Below the pieces are notes generated by a model, which searched no databases, was not told the DNA's origin, and saw only the letters and a program-made list of their open reading frames with translations. A DNA stretch of 20,000 bases from Bdellovibrionales bacterium RIFOXYD12_FULL_39_22 (lineage in GTDB: Bacteria; Bdellovibrionota; Bacteriovoracia; Bacteriovoracales; Bacteriovoracaceae). Both the position numbers and the translations under genes were made by a program. Where the stretch lies: contig MEQL01000002.1 of NCBI GenBank assembly GCA_001770205.1, positions 56,915-76,914 of the forward strand. Reading direction: 5' to 3'. Position 1 is the first letter of the stretch. Every line of letters begins with the position of its first letter. This document shows, piece by piece, positions 16,657-20,000 of this stretch.

Positions 16657-17622
16657 ATGGTTGCCTCTGAAATTTCTGTTGCACCTACTTGGCTTTGGAT
16701 TGCGTTTACTGTTGGTATTCTGTTGTTGCTTTTAATCGATCTTAGTCTATTTGGACGAGGGGATCACAAAGTTCAAACCAAAGTGGCGTTGCTAGAAAGC
16801 GGGATCTGGATTGCGGTTGCTCTTTTGTTTAATCTTTGGTTTGCGACATCTTTTGGAACTGAGCTTGGTTTTGAGTTTTTGACTGGCTATTTGGTTGAAA
16901 AGAGCCTCAGCGTTGATAATCTCTTTGTGATTTTACTAATTTTTAGTTCCTTTAAAATCCCAGATATGTATCAGCATCGTGTACTTTTTTATGGGGTATT
17001 AGGTGCCGTTGTCCTGAGGGCGGTGTTTATTCTTCTTGGCGCGCATTTATTGAATTCATTTCATTGGGTGTTGTACATTTTTGGACTTATTCTGGTTATA
17101 ACGGCCATTAAGTTTTTACGTGAAGCTGATGAGAAAATTGATGCCACAGAAAATTGGTCGATTCGTCTGTTGAAGAAATTTTTTCCAACAACAGATAAAA
17201 CTAATGGGAGTGATTTTTTTGTTATGGATGGCGGTATTAAAAAGGCCACCCCTATCTTCTTGGCCTTAGTTGTAATTGAAATGACTGATCTTGTTTTTGC
17301 GGTGGACTCAATTCCCGCTGTATTTGCCGTCACCCAAGACGCATTTGTTGCCTTTGCTTCAAATATTTTGGCAATTTTAGGTCTGAGGGCACTTTATTTT
17401 GTTCTTGCGGATTGGGTTGCAAAACTTCGCTATTTGAAGCCAGGCCTTGCTGTAATTTTGGGATTCATTGGGGTAAAGATGTTGCTAGTTGATTTCATAA
17501 AAATCCCAAGCTGGATTTCATTACTGGTTATTTTTGCAGTTTTGTTAACTGCTGGACTTAGCTCTTGGTATGTTGCTAGGGTAGAACTTAGAAAGAGAGA
17601 TAAGACTGATTTTTTTATATGA
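16657..17622 (+). CDS. terC: TerC/Alx family integral membrane protein
   Basis: 'GYLVEKSLSVDNLFV', 'QHRVLFYG', 'IEMTDLVFAVDSIPAVFAVT', 'SNILAILGLRALYF'. Confidence 0.93.
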   Translation: MVASEISVAPTWLWIAFTVGILLLLLIDLSLFGRGDHKVQTKVALLESGIWIAVALLFNLWFATSFGTELGFEFLTGYLVEKSLSVDNLFVILLIFSSFKIPDMYQHRVLFYGVLGAVVLRAVFILLGAHLLNSFHWVLYIFGLILVITAIKFLREADEKIDATENWSIRLLKKFFPTTDKTNGSDFFVMDGGIKKATPIFLALVVIEMTDLVFAVDSIPAVFAVTQDAFVAFASNILAILGLRALYFVLADWVAKLRYLKPGLAVILGFIGVKMLLVDFIKIPSWISLLVIFAVLLTAGLSSWYVARVELRKRDKTDFFI

Positions 17623-18010
17623 TTTCAGAAAAGTTTCATCAAAAAATTCATAGCTATAGAGTGTGGCCGTTGGATCGACAGTCGGGGCAATCTCATTATC
17701 AGCACTAGTGGAGCTTAAGGGTTTTTCTTGGATTTTAGAAATTTATCCAGGACTCAATGATGGCCAAACATGGAAGTTGGCCTCAGAGTTTTTTGAAAAC
17801 TACGACATTCTTTTTATTTTTCTTATAGCTATCGCCCCTGTTGCTCAACAACCTACAGTTATAATGGCGAGCCTTGCAGATACAACTTTTTTTGAACTGG
17901 CCGTTGCTATTTTCTCAGGTCGATTTATCAAATTTTTAATTATGGCCTATATCGGGGCCCATATGCCAAAGCTTTTGAAAAAATATTGGTTGATAAGGGG
18001 TGAAACATAG
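17619..18010 (+). pseudogene. DedA/YqaA(VTT)-like membrane protein with a frame break near the 5' end
   Basis: ATG 17619 overlaps the terC stop (ATGA) and reads MISEKFHQKIHSY but stops early. The body 'AVGSTVGA...SGRFIKF' lies in a different frame from 17663. Confidence 0.55.
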
Positions 18011-18197
18011 GAATCATTAAGAAGTAATTTCACAAATTAAAAAGTATTCGCCCCTTGCTAACCGCCGCGCACGGGCCCTTTAGTAGGGCAAAACTCAGAG
18101 GATTATGTTACGAAATCAAATTTTCATATAGAGTTTGACAGATAAGTTAAACTGTAGATAAATCTCGCATTATTTCTGGAATTAACAAAGGATGGAT

Positions 18198-18863
18198 GTG
18201 AGGAAATTAATTCAAGGTATTGCCGATTTTAGAGAAACAAAATTTGCCGATTATAAAGAAGTTTTCGCTAAATTGGTTTTGGGACAACGCCCAGATGCAC
18301 TTTTCATTGCGTGCTCAGATAGTCGTGTCGCTGCTAATGTTTTTGCTTCAACTAATCCTGGCGATCTTTTTGTCGTGAGAAATGTAGGTAATTGCATTCC
18401 GAGCTGTGATCAACATGGTATGTCAACGGGAGATGAGTCAGAAGCTGCTGCTATCGAATTTTCCTTATCCAATTTAAACGTTAGAGATATTATTGTGTGT
18501 GGTCATTCCGATTGTGGGGCCATTCAAAGTCTTATCAATGGGCGCGAAAAAATACCTTTTCCTAACTTGAAATCCTGGTTGCGTCATATCGAGAATGCAC
18601 TCGATATGAAAAATTTATTTTTAATAAAAAATCCTCCAAAAGAATATCATAATCTTATTTCACAGATTAACGTATTGCTACAAGTGGAAAATTTAAAAAC
18701 TTATCCAATTGTACAAGAGCGGATATTAAACGGAACTTTGAAACTCCATAGTTGGTGGTTCGATTTAAAAACGATTGGCGTCCATTATTATGATGAAAGT
18801 GAACAGCAATTTGTTTTAATTGATGAAAAACATGCGCGTGAATTGTTAAAAGAATTAAAGTAG
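18198..18863 (+). CDS. can: Beta-class carbonic anhydrase
   Basis: Zn ligands in 'CSDSR' and 'HSDCG', plus 'PGDLFVVRNVGN'. GTG 18198 is well spaced from AAGGA; the ORF track starts at ATG 18192. Confidence 0.95.
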   Translation: MRKLIQGIADFRETKFADYKEVFAKLVLGQRPDALFIACSDSRVAANVFASTNPGDLFVVRNVGNCIPSCDQHGMSTGDESEAAAIEFSLSNLNVRDIIVCGHSDCGAIQSLINGREKIPFPNLKSWLRHIENALDMKNLFLIKNPPKEYHNLISQINVLLQVENLKTYPIVQERILNGTLKLHSWWFDLKTIGVHYYDESEQQFVLIDEKHARELLKELK

Positions 18864-18922
18864 CTTCTCGGGTAATATTAAAAATCTGGGCCATGCCCGT
18901 TATTCCTCAACTTTTATGATCT

Positions 18923-18993
18923 TGCTCAGAAAAGCTCGCCTTTCCGAGCATTACTCACTTTCCGCCAGCGATTGCGTGTCACTGGCTACTTAC
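18923..18993 (-). other. Two-hairpin structured element (IS end, terminator or small RNA)
   Basis: On the minus strand, GCCAGUGA-CACGCAA-UCGCUGGC and UGCUCGGAAAGG-CGAG-CUUUUCUGAGCA pair fully when G-U is allowed. Confidence 0.55.
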
Positions 18994-18997
18994 AATC

Positions 18998-19492
18998 TTA
19001 GTCTTTCATGCACTTGTTATCACGAAATTGAGCTGCTAGGCCCGTGGCTTGATCGATTAGATCGAGTAGCCTTTCTCTAATATGTAAGAAAGATGAAGGA
19101 ACAATATGGATCTCGTCATCGTTATTGTTTTCTGAATACAAATAATAAGCTATGTTAGCACTGTTTACTTTCTGGCCGAAAAAATTAACATTATTTCCGT
19201 TGTTTGATTGGTTGATGATGGAATATGCCTCCGAAACAAAGGCAGTGGCTAAAATCGTTTTAGAAGTATCTGAACGTGTACTTGTAAATTTATCTGATTT
19301 TTCATTAATAAGAGCGGATAATAAATTAACTTGCAATGCAAAATCCTTTAGTGTTGTAAGTACCCTGTTCTTGTAATCAGCATCACCGGTTGTCCTTGTT
19401 GGCATCTGACAATCAAGCTTTAGTGCACTTGCAGATGCTGAAAATGATACAAAAGAAAGAATTAGAATTATTACAGTAATTATTTTTTTCAT
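18998..19492 (-). CDS. Secreted hypothetical protein
   Basis: RBS AAGGA, signal peptide MKKII...SASA, and two Cys (one near each end). Confidence 0.75.
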   Translation of the reverse strand: MKKIITVIILILSFVSFSASASALKLDCQMPTRTTGDADYKNRVLTTLKDFALQVNLLSALINEKSDKFTSTRSDTSKTILATAFVSEAYSIINQSNNGNNVNFFGQKVNSANIAYYLYSENNNDDEIHIVPSSFLHIRERLLDLIDQATGLAAQFRDNKCMKD

Positions 19493-19707
19493 ATTAAATA
19501 TCCTTTTTAGTCATCAACTTAATTCCCATGTCCTTAAGGCAACTGTGGTCTCCCTCTGGACACGCATTATTATATAAGTTCAGTGTAATGCAAGGTTGAG
19601 TGCAGCGATAGGGTAAGTGTAAATTTTTACCGCACTGTCAATTTTTTTTCCACCCAATAAAATGGAGTTAAGAAGGCGCAAGGACGAGAACCATAACGGG
19701 ATTGAGC

Positions 19708-20000
19708 ATGGATATAGCTATCTCAAATGTCTTTGGTGTCGCAGGTCGAAAGGTATTGATGGCCATCATTGAGGGAGAAAAAGATCCTGAAGTTTTGACA
19801 AAACTTGTGGACACCAATGTAAAAGCGAAAAAGGAGGTGATAAGAAAATCGCTAAACCATACTCTAGATGAGATAAATTTGTATATGTATAGTCAACTTC
19901 TTTACCTCGAACACCTGGCCCAAGAATTGGAAAAGAAGATTAATGACATGATGGACCCATATGACAAGTTCATAAAAAAACTAGACGAAATACCAGGCAT
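19708..20000 (+). mobile_element. IS110-family transposase fragment (5'-truncated, runs off the window)
   Basis: Own translation: MDIAISNVFGVAGRKVLMAIIEGEKDPEVLTKL...PYDKFIKKLDEIPG, matching the IS110 central region. An in-frame TAA at 19669-71 means the DEDD domain is absent. Confidence 0.8.

Noticed and set aside
19558..19590. dif-like Xer site
   Set aside because: Only partial arm similarity, and the spacer length does not fit 11-6-11.
1..20000. CRISPR array, tRNA or rRNA genes
   Set aside because: No repeat-spacer periodicity, cloverleaf or rRNA-like sequence was seen.

Overview
AT-rich bacterial window. Gene content and motifs suggest Bdellovibrionota/Oligoflexia, but this is inference only. 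From left to right: (1) the 3' end of a Pro-linker/PEGA-type protein, a sigma-54 enhancer-binding activator, and a sigma-54 promoter in front of a small outer-membrane beta-barrel gene; (2) an AAA_14/DUF4143 ATPase and a frameshifted HNH remnant; (3) a surface-protein cluster with a clan GH-A-like/PKD secreted protein, a polyglycine-rich protein with a C-terminal anchor, and a collagen fibre protein with 58 Gly-X-Y triplets; (4) a lipoprotein, a SAM methyltransferase and a heterodimeric ABC exporter; (5) an eroded accessory zone with a transposase scrap, a nucleotidyltransferase fragment plus an HTH partner, a truncated NhaR-like LysR regulator, TerC, a broken DedA-like gene, a beta-carbonic anhydrase, a secreted orphan and an IS110 fragment. 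The most notable signals are tandem palindromic enhancer-like sites inside the activator's own 3' coding end, strong but patchy GGCC enrichment, the collagen/polyglycine fibre operon, and a strand-specific two-hairpin element at 18.9 kb.
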